Shown here: positions 8,760 to 18,472 of the stretch, piece after piece
Layout of the letters: every line of letters starts with the position of its first letter
Position numbering within the stretch: position 1 is the stretch's first letter
IMG/VR virus record: IMGVR_UViG_3300020178_000825
Span: 106,057 to 126,056 of that record
DNA length: 20,000 nt
DNA from: an uncultured virus (IMG/VR IMGVR_UViG_3300020178_000825)
Lineage: Duplodnaviria; Heunggongvirae; Uroviricota; Caudoviricetes
Reading direction: 5' to 3' (one strand)
Position numbers and translations under genes: made by a program
Notes under the pieces: generated by a model
Told to the model about the DNA's origin: nothing
Databases searched by the model: none
What the model saw: the letters and a program-made list of their open reading frames with translations, nothing else

Positions 8760-10028
8760 TTAACTTATATCAGAAGGTCCTCCTCCACCTCTTTGATTTG
8801 TAACTGGTGTTGTTATTGGATTTGGTCTTTTTGTAAATGCACCACTCTTATCATTTTCAAGCGGTATTCGTTTACCAGTACCCAATCCCAAAAACTTATT
8901 TTTAAATATACTTTTCTTTTTACTTTTAATCGGATTTTCTTTTATAAATTTTGGAATTGGTAATTCAGATGGTACTTCTTTTTTAATAGCTACCTCTAAA
9001 TTTTTTGATTCCTTAAATTCATCTTTTGTTTGTGGTAGAGGTTTTTCTTTTGTTACCTCAATACCCGGCACATTCGGTTGAATAATTACATCCGATTCTC
9101 TAGTTCTTATAATTTTACCAACTTTATCTCTACTAGCATCAAATTCATTTTCTCTAGTTGTTCTTGATTGAATTGTTCTTTGTGGCAAAAATTTATCTAC
9201 ACATTCTATTAAGATTCTCTGAGCTGTTTTGTACACTGCTTCTTTTGATAAAGATAATGATTCTTTTGTCGGTTTCTTTTTACCATAGTTTACATCACCA
9301 ATGTAAGAATTTCTATTTAAAAATTCATATTTCATCGCTTCTGCAAATTGTTTATGTATTCTTGTCATTAATCTATCGAACTCCCTAACACCAAACTCAG
9401 AAACTAATTTGTTATACCATTTTTCAGTATATGTCTTTTTAATAAATGAATCTATTTCTTTTGAATCTATTTTTTCAACAAATTCCCCTATATATGGTAA
9501 AATATCATCCCTAAAAGATTGTCCATTTACCATAATATTAAATCTGGTTAATAAATCAGTTTTTTCTGAAACTTCATTTCGAATCGGTAGTAACTTTACT
9601 TCAGTTCTCGATGGAGATATTTCTTTAATCCAAAGTTTTTCATTTAAGTTATCAAATCCAACTCTTTTATTTAATAGTGTTATTTGTGCTTTAAATATAC
9701 CATTATTATATCCCGCCTCATTAATTAATCGTTCTGCATCAATAAAATATTCATTGGGAAAATTAAATGCCTGAAATTCGGTTCCATCTGCGATTAAAAA
9801 ATAATCTTTAATGTTTTCTGAACTAAGTGGAATGTATCTAACTAACTTTCCTTCATCACCCTGAGGAAGCTGATTATCATTGGCATCATAAACAATGAAC
9901 TCAATCATATCCGCATCAGAAAATCCGAAAAAAGATTGCAGGGTTCCTTTTTCGAAAATTTCTCTATCTTTAGTAGAAATTCGATACCCTTTATTTTCTA
10001 TTATTTCCTTAAATGTTTTAATTGCCAT
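8760..10028 (-). CDS. Hypothetical protein, probable baseplate-associated virion protein
   Basis: 422-aa ORF within the coupled baseplate operon; globular N-terminal half (LWIKEISPSRTEVKL), Lys/Pro-rich C-tail. Confidence 0.6.
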   Translation of the reverse strand: MAIKTFKEIIENKGYRISTKDREIFEKGTLQSFFGFSDADMIEFIVYDANDNQLPQGDEGKLVRYIPLSSENIKDYFLIADGTEFQAFNFPNEYFIDAERLINEAGYNNGIFKAQITLLNKRVGFDNLNEKLWIKEISPSRTEVKLLPIRNEVSEKTDLLTRFNIMVNGQSFRDDILPYIGEFVEKIDSKEIDSFIKKTYTEKWYNKLVSEFGVREFDRLMTRIHKQFAEAMKYEFLNRNSYIGDVNYGKKKPTKESLSLSKEAVYKTAQRILIECVDKFLPQRTIQSRTTRENEFDASRDKVGKIIRTRESDVIIQPNVPGIEVTKEKPLPQTKDEFKESKNLEVAIKKEVPSELPIPKFIKENPIKSKKKSIFKNKFLGLGTGKRIPLENDKSGAFTKRPNPITTPVTNQRGGGGPSDIS

Positions 10029-11344
10029 TATCCACCTGTTTTATCTTCACCAACAAATACTTGAGCAGTACCTCTACTTCCCCACTTGTCTTTTCTCTTA
10101 ACTCGTTTCCAATAATATGCTTTTATCTCCAATTTATCACCAGCTGATGTATTAATTATAAGAGTTCCGCTTTTTTCTTGTTTTCTTTTAGATGTTTTAC
10201 CAAGAGGTGTCCACTTAAATGTAACAGTAGTTACACCAGCAGATTGTTCATTTCTAGCAGGAACTTTCCAAGTTTTAGGGCCGTCAAGCCAACTAATACT
10301 TTCAGATAATGTAAATGTTTGTTCTTCAGTTGTAAAGTTAAAGAATGCAACACCCTTAGAACCATTTACTATCGAAACTTCATCGGGTTTACGAGATGCA
10401 ATTTTTAATCCCTTCTTACCCTCTTCATTTACATCGTTTGCTGATATCTTCCATCCACTATTTTCAGTTTGTTGGAAGAATCCATTTAATCCTTCTAATG
10501 CGTTTTGTGCAGCATTTTGTTTTTCTCTTTCTTCAGTTAGTTCTTTTTGTACTCTAAACGATTCTTGTAATGCCTCTATTCTAGCGGTTAAAGAAACTCT
10601 TTCGATTGCTTCGTTGATTGAGTTTTGTACCGCGTTTTGTAAATCTATTGTTGTTGATGCAATTTGAGTATTAGCAATATCTCTTTGGTCATTTGCAATA
10701 TTAGCTTTTAATTTTTCATTATCGGTTTCTATTCTTAATGCAGCAACTATACTTTCTAATTCAGCTATTATTGAATTTAAATTACTAACATCATTATTTA
10801 ATCTTTCAACCTCGGCAGTTAAATCTTCTATTTGTTCTAATGCTGTATTATATACTGAACGAAGTACTGTATCTGGTTGTGGTGCTGGTGTGTTTGGTAT
10901 AAGTTCAAATATTCTAGTATCTATTGATTTTTCCAATTCAACACTATCATATTTAGGTCTAATTAGTTGACCGCCTATGATACCACCATCTATTTCTTGC
11001 TCACTAATATATCCATATAATTCATCATAATCAGCACTATTAACACCATCCCAATTTATTGTAGATGGATTTACATTTGGTTCTATTGTTGTAGAATCAA
11101 ATGGTCTATTTTTAATTACATCCGATAATGGATTAATTGGCCTTCCCTTAACTACATTTCTTTTAGCGATGCGTACACCACGTTCGTTTTTTTTAGGAAG
11201 ATTTAGAGAACCACCTTCTTTAAGTTTTTTGACAAACTCATCTCTACCAAGTCCACGCTTCATAGGTTCTTTTTCATTACCCATACCAGCTTGACCTCGT
11301 TTTATAGATTCTGCCTTTTTTTGTGCTCTATTCTTTTTAAACAT
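10028..11344 (-). CDS. Hypothetical coiled-coil protein, probable virion protein
   Basis: 438 aa; heptad-rich centre (LEQIEDLTAEVERLNNDVSNLNSIIAELESIVAAL), basic N-terminus, beta-rich C-terminus; TAATG overlap at 10028. Confidence 0.6.
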   Translation of the reverse strand: MFKKNRAQKKAESIKRGQAGMGNEKEPMKRGLGRDEFVKKLKEGGSLNLPKKNERGVRIAKRNVVKGRPINPLSDVIKNRPFDSTTIEPNVNPSTINWDGVNSADYDELYGYISEQEIDGGIIGGQLIRPKYDSVELEKSIDTRIFELIPNTPAPQPDTVLRSVYNTALEQIEDLTAEVERLNNDVSNLNSIIAELESIVAALRIETDNEKLKANIANDQRDIANTQIASTTIDLQNAVQNSINEAIERVSLTARIEALQESFRVQKELTEEREKQNAAQNALEGLNGFFQQTENSGWKISANDVNEEGKKGLKIASRKPDEVSIVNGSKGVAFFNFTTEEQTFTLSESISWLDGPKTWKVPARNEQSAGVTTVTFKWTPLGKTSKRKQEKSGTLIINTSAGDKLEIKAYYWKRVKRKDKWGSRGTAQVFVGEDKTGG

Positions 11345-11347
11345 TGT

Positions 11348-12415
11348 TTATGAAATTACGCTAAATGTATAATCATCATCAAAGAAATAATCAGTTCCAT
11401 TGATACTAACTTTAAATTCTATAATATACACCCTATCAACTTCCCAATTAGATAAATTTAATTTAAAGTAATTTCCATCGGAATCACAACTTAATTTTGT
11501 ATAATCTGAAAATGGAACTACTACTTCACCTGAATGATAGTCGGATATTTGATAATATGATGTTATTGGTAAAAATTTACTAATACTATATTGTAATGTT
11601 GATGAGAATGTTTTTATTGGATATAAATCTCTACCAACTACTCTTAATTTTGGAGTTGTATTTACTTTATATTCTTTTTTAAAATTTTTAATTCCAACTT
11701 TTATTTCTTCCGATGTTAACTCAGTCAACGAACCAGTTGAAAATGATGTATCATCCCAACCTATTCTAACTTTTGGTTGATGAATGGTGTTTGTTTCTTT
11801 ACTAAAAAACCTAAGAATACCATAATCATTTGTATCTGTTTCTTTTGAAAATGGTAATTTTAGAATGATTCCATCATTTGGAATAGAACCACTAATCCAA
11901 TCAATCATAATATCTTTGATATCTATATAAACATCGGTAGTTTTATATTCAAAGTTTTGTAATGAAGAAGATGCGTAATAAAATGTTCCACCTTTGCCTT
12001 CATAAGAACCAGTAGATACACTACTAAACTCAGATGTTTCCAACCATCTTAGTGTAGAATCACCTTCTCTATTATTCCAAGTTACACCCGATGTTGTAAT
12101 ATCATCAAAACGAGTACCATTACCCATTTCCCAACTTTGTGAAATTGGATATGCTTCTAATGTAAATTCTAATGGAAGTTCTTCTGATTCGGTTTCTTTT
12201 AATATAAGGGTTGCTTCAGACATTGTTACAGACCCATCTGCTAAGCTAGATGATAATCCAGTTACATCAAATTTAAGAAGTGCTCTGGATACATCTTTGA
12301 TGTTACCATAATAAACCTTACTAACCTCTAATACCTCATCTAAACCAGCGTTTTGGTCGGGTTGTTGTAAGTACACCGATGCATCTTTTGATGCTGTTAA
12401 AAAATAGTATGCCAT
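11348..12415 (-). CDS. DNRLRE-domain-like virion protein
   Basis: 355 aa; KDASVYLQQPDQNAG...SRALLKFDVT...SEATLIL...ISQSWEMG...VTWNNR follows the DNRLRE beta-sandwich pattern. Confidence 0.6.
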   Translation of the reverse strand: MAYYFLTASKDASVYLQQPDQNAGLDEVLEVSKVYYGNIKDVSRALLKFDVTGLSSSLADGSVTMSEATLILKETESEELPLEFTLEAYPISQSWEMGNGTRFDDITTSGVTWNNREGDSTLRWLETSEFSSVSTGSYEGKGGTFYYASSSLQNFEYKTTDVYIDIKDIMIDWISGSIPNDGIILKLPFSKETDTNDYGILRFFSKETNTIHQPKVRIGWDDTSFSTGSLTELTSEEIKVGIKNFKKEYKVNTTPKLRVVGRDLYPIKTFSSTLQYSISKFLPITSYYQISDYHSGEVVVPFSDYTKLSCDSDGNYFKLNLSNWEVDRVYIIEFKVSINGTDYFFDDDYTFSVIS

Positions 12416-14448
12416 TATCTTGCCCTCCCTTTAATATCCGAATCTGGAAATTTAACTTCGAAAACCGATGGGTCTAAAGATGGATATAAAATCTTATCTT
12501 TAATCGCCGCTTCTATATTATATGAGTTTGGTGAATATTCTCCACCACACTTATTTACAATTTTTAATTTTGGTACTGAACTAACACCATCAACATTTGC
12601 TACAATTAATTCTAATTCTGAAATATTAATTGTATTGTTGAATGTCCAATTATCAATATTTAAATAATCTTTTAATTCGGATATACAATCAGAAATTACC
12701 TCACTTTTATTATAATTTTTTAAAGTAATTACTTCAAATTCAATTCCTATATTAATAATAAACCCATCATTAATATTAATACCATCGGTTAAAATTTTAT
12801 ATTCCGATAGATATGTTTTTAAATTTTCCTTTACTGCTCTATTAAGATTTGATAATTTTTTATTTGAATCATACCCTAACAAATATAAATTTATTGCGAA
12901 TGGATTATTTTTTTCATTATCATTTGATGTTTTTCCAGTTAGATATTTTTGTATTTCTTGTTGAACGCTTTTTCTATCAGGTTCTTCACTATCTGGCTTC
13001 TCAACAAAACTCATCACTAAATCAGTAAACTCTTGTAGAGCTTTTGGTGAAGAAAGAATTGATGATGGTGAGTTGTTATCTAATGTACCATCTGCCGTAG
13101 CGTATGCCTTTGCAACCGAACCATACTTAGTTGGCATTGATAATGCTCTTACTTCATAATCTTTAGCAGTTACTGCTCTATTCTGAGAACCAAAGTTTGC
13201 TAAAGCATTTTGTCTTATTTCTTCAATAGTATCACCACCTTTACCACCTGTTGCAGGAACTTCATTATCTACTGCGATTGAATTTTTAGCTGAATTATAA
13301 ATTGCCAACTGCGTTGGTGTGAATAATGTTGTATCTTCTTCAAATTCACTATTTCTAATTTGAGTAATTGTTCCTTTTTGAACATTTGATTCTACACCAC
13401 CACCAACTAAATATTTTACAGTTATGGTTGTATTTGATGGTGATGAACCATAAGTTTTGGTTTTTAAAAAGTTAGTTGGGTCAAATGATTCTTCTAATTT
13501 AGAAATAGAATTGGGTAATCCCAATCCAACATTTTTTAAATTAGGTATAATCGTTTCATCATTCGCTGTTGGGTCTCCTGCACCAAACTGAATAGTTGTT
13601 GTACTATCTGGGTTAACCTGTTTAACAAATCTACGAGATGTTTTAAGTGTATTTAATACATATGGTACTGTTGATTTAAATTGATAAAGGTCTGGGTCAT
13701 TACTTTCCGTATTCGGATAATCCACAAATACCAATTCTTGTGCTAAGTAGGGAACTTCATACCATTTGTTTCCATTTGAATCTCGTACATCATAGATATC
13801 TATAATGTTTGTATCCAATAAATCAATTTTTTGAAATTCTTCATATGAACCAAATGTAAATTCTTCAGTTTTTACTTCTGCCGAAATAACTTTTACTAAT
13901 TTCTTTACTAAATAAAATGATGTTTCTCCAGTAACCGAATCGGTTTGGTATATTGTAATTTCTCTATCAGTTGAATCCGAAAAATCAACTACATCTTTTG
14001 TAATAAAAGATACTCCATTTGAAGATTCCAATATCATACCTTCTTTTATCTTTAAAAGATATGTTTCATCAAATGTATTGTTTGCACCAGTTCCAGTTGA
14101 AGGAACTAATTGATAGACAGATAAAGTTGTTACTGCTGGTGCGGATACTTTGGGTTTATATCCTAAGTATTGTGAAAGTGCTATTACATTTTCAATATCA
14201 TCAGCATGTACCATTAATGATTCCTTTAAGGTATCATCAACATAATATGAAAGTGAATCTCCAATATAAGATGCCATTTCAATGAACATCATACCAGGAG
14301 AGGATTCGTTAAAATCAGAATAAGTTGTTGGGAAATAAGTTTTAGCAAACTCAATAAGATTAGTTCTGAATTCAGTAAAATCTTTATTGAGGTATTTTAT
14401 ATCCTTACCTCTACCCTTAAAATTCTTTGTTGTTTTTGTAATTGCCAT
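12415..14448 (-). CDS. Baseplate wedge subunit, T4 gp6 / P2 gpJ-like
   Basis: 677 aa; N-terminal DFTEFRTNLIEFAKTYFP..YSDFNESSPGMMFIEMASY and later GG.GGDTIEEIRQNA..FGSQNRAVTAKDY motifs; directly downstream of the gp25-like gene. Confidence 0.88.
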   Translation of the reverse strand: MAITKTTKNFKGRGKDIKYLNKDFTEFRTNLIEFAKTYFPTTYSDFNESSPGMMFIEMASYIGDSLSYYVDDTLKESLMVHADDIENVIALSQYLGYKPKVSAPAVTTLSVYQLVPSTGTGANNTFDETYLLKIKEGMILESSNGVSFITKDVVDFSDSTDREITIYQTDSVTGETSFYLVKKLVKVISAEVKTEEFTFGSYEEFQKIDLLDTNIIDIYDVRDSNGNKWYEVPYLAQELVFVDYPNTESNDPDLYQFKSTVPYVLNTLKTSRRFVKQVNPDSTTTIQFGAGDPTANDETIIPNLKNVGLGLPNSISKLEESFDPTNFLKTKTYGSSPSNTTITVKYLVGGGVESNVQKGTITQIRNSEFEEDTTLFTPTQLAIYNSAKNSIAVDNEVPATGGKGGDTIEEIRQNALANFGSQNRAVTAKDYEVRALSMPTKYGSVAKAYATADGTLDNNSPSSILSSPKALQEFTDLVMSFVEKPDSEEPDRKSVQQEIQKYLTGKTSNDNEKNNPFAINLYLLGYDSNKKLSNLNRAVKENLKTYLSEYKILTDGININDGFIINIGIEFEVITLKNYNKSEVISDCISELKDYLNIDNWTFNNTINISELELIVANVDGVSSVPKLKIVNKCGGEYSPNSYNIEAAIKDKILYPSLDPSVFEVKFPDSDIKGRAR

Positions 14449-14454
14449 ATCTTA

Positions 14455-14883
14455 TTATCCCTGAACTGTGAATGTTAAGGTTTCTAAATTAATATCATCA
14501 CCAATTCTAAATTTAATTGAAACATTTAATTTATTGTTATCTCTCAATTCATCAGTTGATTCAATATCAATTTCTTCTGCCGTAACATAAGGTAACCACT
14601 GTTCTAAACTTTCGTTTATTGTATCTTCTATTCTACCTTCTAAATCATCTACATTTGGTTCAAACAATAACGATTGGATTCCACTACCAAATTCAGGTTG
14701 TAAAATACGTTCCCCCCTTTTAGTAAGTAGAAGATTTTTAATATTTGATTTAACTTGGTCTTTAGTTAGAAAAGATTGTTCAAAGGTATTTTTACCAAAA
14801 GTTAATGGTAATGTAATACCAATAGCATAATTTGCGTATGCAATGGTATCTTTAACAATTCTTCTTCCTAACTCAACTGCCAT
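14455..14883 (-). CDS. Baseplate protein, T4 gp25 / P2 gpW-like (sheath initiator family)
   Basis: 142 aa; IKNLLLTKRGERILQPEFGSGIQSLLFEP...LEQWLPYV is the GPW_gp25 signature. Confidence 0.92.
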   Translation of the reverse strand: MAVELGRRIVKDTIAYANYAIGITLPLTFGKNTFEQSFLTKDQVKSNIKNLLLTKRGERILQPEFGSGIQSLLFEPNVDDLEGRIEDTINESLEQWLPYVTAEEIDIESTDELRDNNKLNVSIKFRIGDDINLETLTFTVQG

Positions 14884-14891
14884 AATCTATA

Positions 14892-15425
14892 TTACATTCC
14901 CGGTCTCCAAGGACCTTTCTTTTTATCCAATGCTTTCATTAAACCACTATAATCTCTATTTAGTGCTTTATCCAATCCAGCGTTTCCAGTATGAACACCT
15001 AAACCTTGTTTTGGTGCCATATCTCCGTAACCCATTTGTTGTGCTATATTTGATGCACCTAATGTATGTACTGAGTTTGAATCGAAGTTCATCGTACCAG
15101 ACGATACTTCGGTTGGTGCCCCAGCATATGATGGAACATTAGTTCCACTTCTTTGTTGTGAGTTAAAGGGTTGTGTTTGTGCCAATACCTCATTTAATGC
15201 AGGATTCTTACTAAATGTTTTTTGTGGTTGAACTGGTTCTTCCATTACATTTGAATCCATAAATGTTGGTTGTTTTGGTGTAATAGCTTCTTTAAGTTTT
15301 TTGTTTTCTTTCAATAACTTAGCCATTTCTTTCTTAACACCTTCTTTAACGAGTTTGGGAAGAATCACTTTGATTTCCTCCTTAACTATAATCTGTATTG
15401 CTTTTACTAATTTATCAGTATCCAT
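14892..15425 (-). CDS. Hypothetical protein
   Basis: 177 aa; helical N-terminus (LVKAIQIIVKEEIK), central NPALNEVLAQT, C-terminal ALNRDYSGLMKALDKK; own upstream motif. Confidence 0.7.
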   Translation of the reverse strand: MDTDKLVKAIQIIVKEEIKVILPKLVKEGVKKEMAKLLKENKKLKEAITPKQPTFMDSNVMEEPVQPQKTFSKNPALNEVLAQTQPFNSQQRSGTNVPSYAGAPTEVSSGTMNFDSNSVHTLGASNIAQQMGYGDMAPKQGLGVHTGNAGLDKALNRDYSGLMKALDKKKGPWRPGM

Positions 15426-15446
15426 TGTTAAAATGTTTTCCTTTCT

Positions 15447-15456
15447 ATATAAATAT
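15447..15456 (-). promoter_or_regulatory. Putative phage promoter motif ATATTTATAT
   Basis: Plus strand ATATAAATAT, 21 nt from the ATG at 15425. Confidence 0.6.
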
Positions 15457-15471
15457 TTGATTTAGGTTTTT

Positions 15472-16377
15472 TTAATTTTTAATACAATCTGGTCGTATTG
15501 CTACTAATTGTTTTTTAAATTCTTCTATTTGTTTGTTGATATTATTACCATCACCAATATCATTAATATCATCTCCTAAAGATGAGTTTACCATATCTTC
15601 AAAAGAACTATCTCCATTTATACCATCACCTAATCCACTACCATCTCCATTTATACCATCACCTAATCCACTATCATCACTATCATTGGGTAATTCATAT
15701 TCTTGAATAGGACCAACTTCACTTATAGTGTTATTATCAACCTGCTCTATTACAGGTAGTTCACTACCATCCGCAGATGGGAAGTTTGGATTTGGAATAG
15801 GGATTGCGGGTGGTATTAAATATCCCGTCCAAATTATAACACCAGGAGCGGGTATTGGGGATGGTGCCGATGGATATAGTGAAGTTGTTTGTATAACACC
15901 ACCTATCGAAAATAAATGCACAATAGCGGCAAGTATAAACATATTTACTATTATCTCTTGTTTTTTAGCGGGTTTTAATGGTGGGTATAGAGGCCACACC
16001 CCCACATTAGTTACAATATTAGAATTTACTACTAAATTTTGAATTGAACCGGGTGCTGGAATTAGTGGAATTGGAAATGGGTTCATTTGGGCTCCGGCCC
16101 AATAAGCTTTTACACCATTCCCAAATTCATTTGGTAATGAAAAATTTACGCCAGGTGGTGTTGCCAATCCTTTTAATAACGCAACTCTAAAAAGATTTTT
16201 CATTATTTCTTTATTACCAGCTTGTACTGATTCTAAATTAATAAAATCTTTTCCTCTTTTTATCGCAGCATCATATTCATCAGCCCAAATAGTTGCAACC
16301 TTATTTATATCTAAAGAAGGATTGTTATTTGGATTTGTCTTTCGTATTACGTTTCTTTTAAATAATCCCCAAGACAT
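15472..16377 (-). CDS. Hypothetical protein, possibly spike-associated, with Pro-rich core and acidic Gly/Asp tail
   Basis: 301 aa, 3 nt from the upstream stop; PIPLIPAPGS and PIPAPGVIIWTGY motifs; D/G-rich repeat tail. Confidence 0.65.
   Translation of the reverse strand: MSWGLFKRNVIRKTNPNNNPSLDINKVATIWADEYDAAIKRGKDFINLESVQAGNKEIMKNLFRVALLKGLATPPGVNFSLPNEFGNGVKAYWAGAQMNPFPIPLIPAPGSIQNLVVNSNIVTNVGVWPLYPPLKPAKKQEIIVNMFILAAIVHLFSIGGVIQTTSLYPSAPSPIPAPGVIIWTGYLIPPAIPIPNPNFPSADGSELPVIEQVDNNTISEVGPIQEYELPNDSDDSGLGDGINGDGSGLGDGINGDSSFEDMVNSSLGDDINDIGDGNNINKQIEEFKKQLVAIRPDCIKN
15610..15673. repeat. Tandem duplication, 33-bp period, 31 bp identical, in frame (SGLGDGINGD x2)
   Basis: atctccatttataccatcacctaatccacta at 15610-15640 and 15643-15673. 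Confidence 0.95.
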
Positions 16378-16380
16378 TTT

Positions 16381-16794
16381 TTATCTTTTTAATAAATCCG
16401 ATGGATTTGGTAAATTAATATCAGGTATTTTTACTTCAGGTACCTTTGGCAGTTCTATATTAGGTATTTTTGGAATATTTGGTACTTTAGGTACTACTGG
16501 TATTGGTGGTAGATTAGGTGGAGTTGGTAACTTTGGTAATCCTTTTTTAAGTTTAGGATTTTCTTCTACTTTCTTTTTTCTAAACTTTGGAATAGGTGGA
16601 AGTTTAGGCAATCTAACCTTTGGTAACGCCGGTAATTCTGGCTTAGGTGGAACTTTTGGTAATGCAGGTGGAGTTGGTAGTTCTGTAGTTATGCTACTTA
16701 TCGTATCTTTAGGATTATTTGTAATATTAGATATATCAGCAACTTTTTTTATACTATCACTAGCACCACCCAATATGTTTTTATTTACTGCCAT
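16381..16794 (-). CDS. Proline-rich hypothetical protein
   Basis: 137 aa with about 31 Pro in [LIV]-P-x triplets; fills the gap between neighbours almost exactly (1-nt and 3-nt spacers). Confidence 0.75.
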   Translation of the reverse strand: MAVNKNILGGASDSIKKVADISNITNNPKDTISSITTELPTPPALPKVPPKPELPALPKVRLPKLPPIPKFRKKKVEENPKLKKGLPKLPTPPNLPPIPVVPKVPNIPKIPNIELPKVPEVKIPDINLPNPSDLLKR

Positions 16795-16795
16795 A

Positions 16796-18022
16796 TTACT
16801 TTAGTTGTACATTATTACTTAACATTGTTTGTAATTTAGATTTCAATGTTGTAAATTGTGCTATATTTGTTGGGCCAGGTGAGGTTGGGCCAGCTGGTGT
16901 TAAATATATTTGTTGTGTTATTAAATCTATCATTTCACCCAATAACTCTACCAAAGTTTCACCCTTTGGTGCAGCTTCCAACTCACCATCAGTTCCTAAC
17001 ATAATAGTACCATTACCAATATCTAAATTTATATCTCTATCCTGTGTATCAACAAATATATGATTATCTGTTGTGATGTTTATACCATCGGTTGCATCAA
17101 TTGAAAATTGACCATCAGTTATAAAACCAATATCTTTTTTTGCAGAAAAAATCATTTCGGCTGATTTAGCCGATATAATAACTCTATCTGAATTTAATAA
17201 TATTTGATTTCCTTTTAGTTCTGATGGGTAATTAAAAAATGATGGATATTCATTTTCAGTTGGTAATGTATATTCCAATAATCGTTCACCGCTACCTAAA
17301 AATATAATATTACCATCATCATTAATACTTTCTTCAGTAGATGTTCCTATATCCTTTGTTAGGGATTCTCCATTTTCACCATTTCTAATTATAATGTTTG
17401 GTGAAAAAATATTATCAGGGTTATTATAACCACTAAATCTAATTGATTGACCAAATCTACTTTCAATTAAATAATCACCCTCATATAGTTTAAGTTTATG
17501 AATAGTACCATCTGGTTGGAAATATTGACCTAGCGAAGAAACATCAATCGAATCAGATGAACTTTCCGTTCTTGATATTCCAGTTGATTGTACGTTACCA
17601 TAATTAGATGCGGTGTTTGATTGAGCTGATTTTTCTTTTTTCTGAGATGCATTTATTTCATCTATACTTGTATTTACATTTGGTAATGCCGAACTGATGA
17701 TTCGTTCATACAAATATCCACCAGCTGGTGAATTGGTAATAGCAACTGTTTCATTTATAGTTGGTAGAGAAACACATGTTTTATCTTTCGGTAATGCTAA
17801 AGTTAATCCTTCATCTTTTTTATTTTGACTAGTTGAAGCTCTGAACTGAATCGCTCCTATATATTTACCTTTTAGTGGTTCTTCTATTTCTAAATCAGAA
17901 AGAATATCATCATTAATATCCAATATAATCTTATATACAGTACCCATAGACATAGTATCTTTATGCCTTCTAATATTAACACTTTGATTGGATTGTACAT
18001 TACGATTTCTATCCCCAAACAT
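16796..18022 (-). CDS. Baseplate central spike/hub protein, gp5 / gpV-like
   Basis: 408 aa; OB-fold-like LPTINETVAI, YEGDYLIESRFGQSIRF, repeated short beta strands (QILLNSDRVIISAK...IGFITDGQFSIDA...INITT), C-terminal GETLVELL...TPAGPT; upstream of gpW/gpJ-like genes. Confidence 0.65.
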   Translation of the reverse strand: MFGDRNRNVQSNQSVNIRRHKDTMSMGTVYKIILDINDDILSDLEIEEPLKGKYIGAIQFRASTSQNKKDEGLTLALPKDKTCVSLPTINETVAITNSPAGGYLYERIISSALPNVNTSIDEINASQKKEKSAQSNTASNYGNVQSTGISRTESSSDSIDVSSLGQYFQPDGTIHKLKLYEGDYLIESRFGQSIRFSGYNNPDNIFSPNIIIRNGENGESLTKDIGTSTEESINDDGNIIFLGSGERLLEYTLPTENEYPSFFNYPSELKGNQILLNSDRVIISAKSAEMIFSAKKDIGFITDGQFSIDATDGINITTDNHIFVDTQDRDINLDIGNGTIMLGTDGELEAAPKGETLVELLGEMIDLITQQIYLTPAGPTSPGPTNIAQFTTLKSKLQTMLSNNVQLK

Positions 18023-18417
18023 TACTTTTCTAATTTTTGTTTTACTTCTTCTATTTCGTTTTGTAAATCATCTACCCTACTAACCTCATCTTGAACTTGT
18101 TCAATTTCTGAAAGTAATTGTTCTCTCTCTGCTTCCGTGAGGAATCCAGTATCTCCTTCTGATTTTTGATTAGATGCTATAATTCTTTGTGCGATAGTTG
18201 CTAACTTAACCAATTGGTCATCGTTACGAACTGATGTATCAATTAAGTCTTTGATGACTGGACCTAAAATTCCCATATCACCATTATGCCTAATCATTTT
18301 TCTGATTTCAAAGATGACATCAGAAATATGTTTCTTTTTATTTATTTGATTGTTATAGATATCCTCAAACAACCCACTAAGGTTTTTGCCTGGGAATAAT
18401 TCGAAATCTGTTGACAT
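18022..18417 (-). CDS. Hypothetical helical/coiled-coil protein
   Basis: 131 aa; TAATG overlap with the spike gene; upstream motif at 18441-18450. Confidence 0.75.
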   Translation of the reverse strand: MSTDFELFPGKNLSGLFEDIYNNQINKKKHISDVIFEIRKMIRHNGDMGILGPVIKDLIDTSVRNDDQLVKLATIAQRIIASNQKSEGDTGFLTEAEREQLLSEIEQVQDEVSRVDDLQNEIEEVKQKLEK

Positions 18418-18440
18418 ACGTTTATCAATATTTGTTCAAT

Positions 18441-18450
18441 ATATAAATAT
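18441..18450 (-). promoter_or_regulatory. Putative phage promoter motif ATATTTATAT
   Basis: Plus strand ATATAAATAT, 23 nt from the ATG at 18417. Confidence 0.6.
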
Positions 18451-18472
18451 CAATAAACAAAAAAGTGTAGGA

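Noticed and set aside
16322..16804. 160-aa plus-strand Gly-X-X (collagen-like) ORF
   Set aside because: The Gly periodicity mirrors the Pro codons of the antisense Pro-rich gene; non-ATG start and it overlaps three minus-strand genes.
12415..18022. Bacterial T6SS or eCIS/tailocin locus instead of phage
   Set aside because: No TssJLM, ClpV, Afp15-like ATPase or host genes are seen; the gene density, repeated promoter motif and small basic gene fit a large phage better. Not fully excluded without capsid genes.
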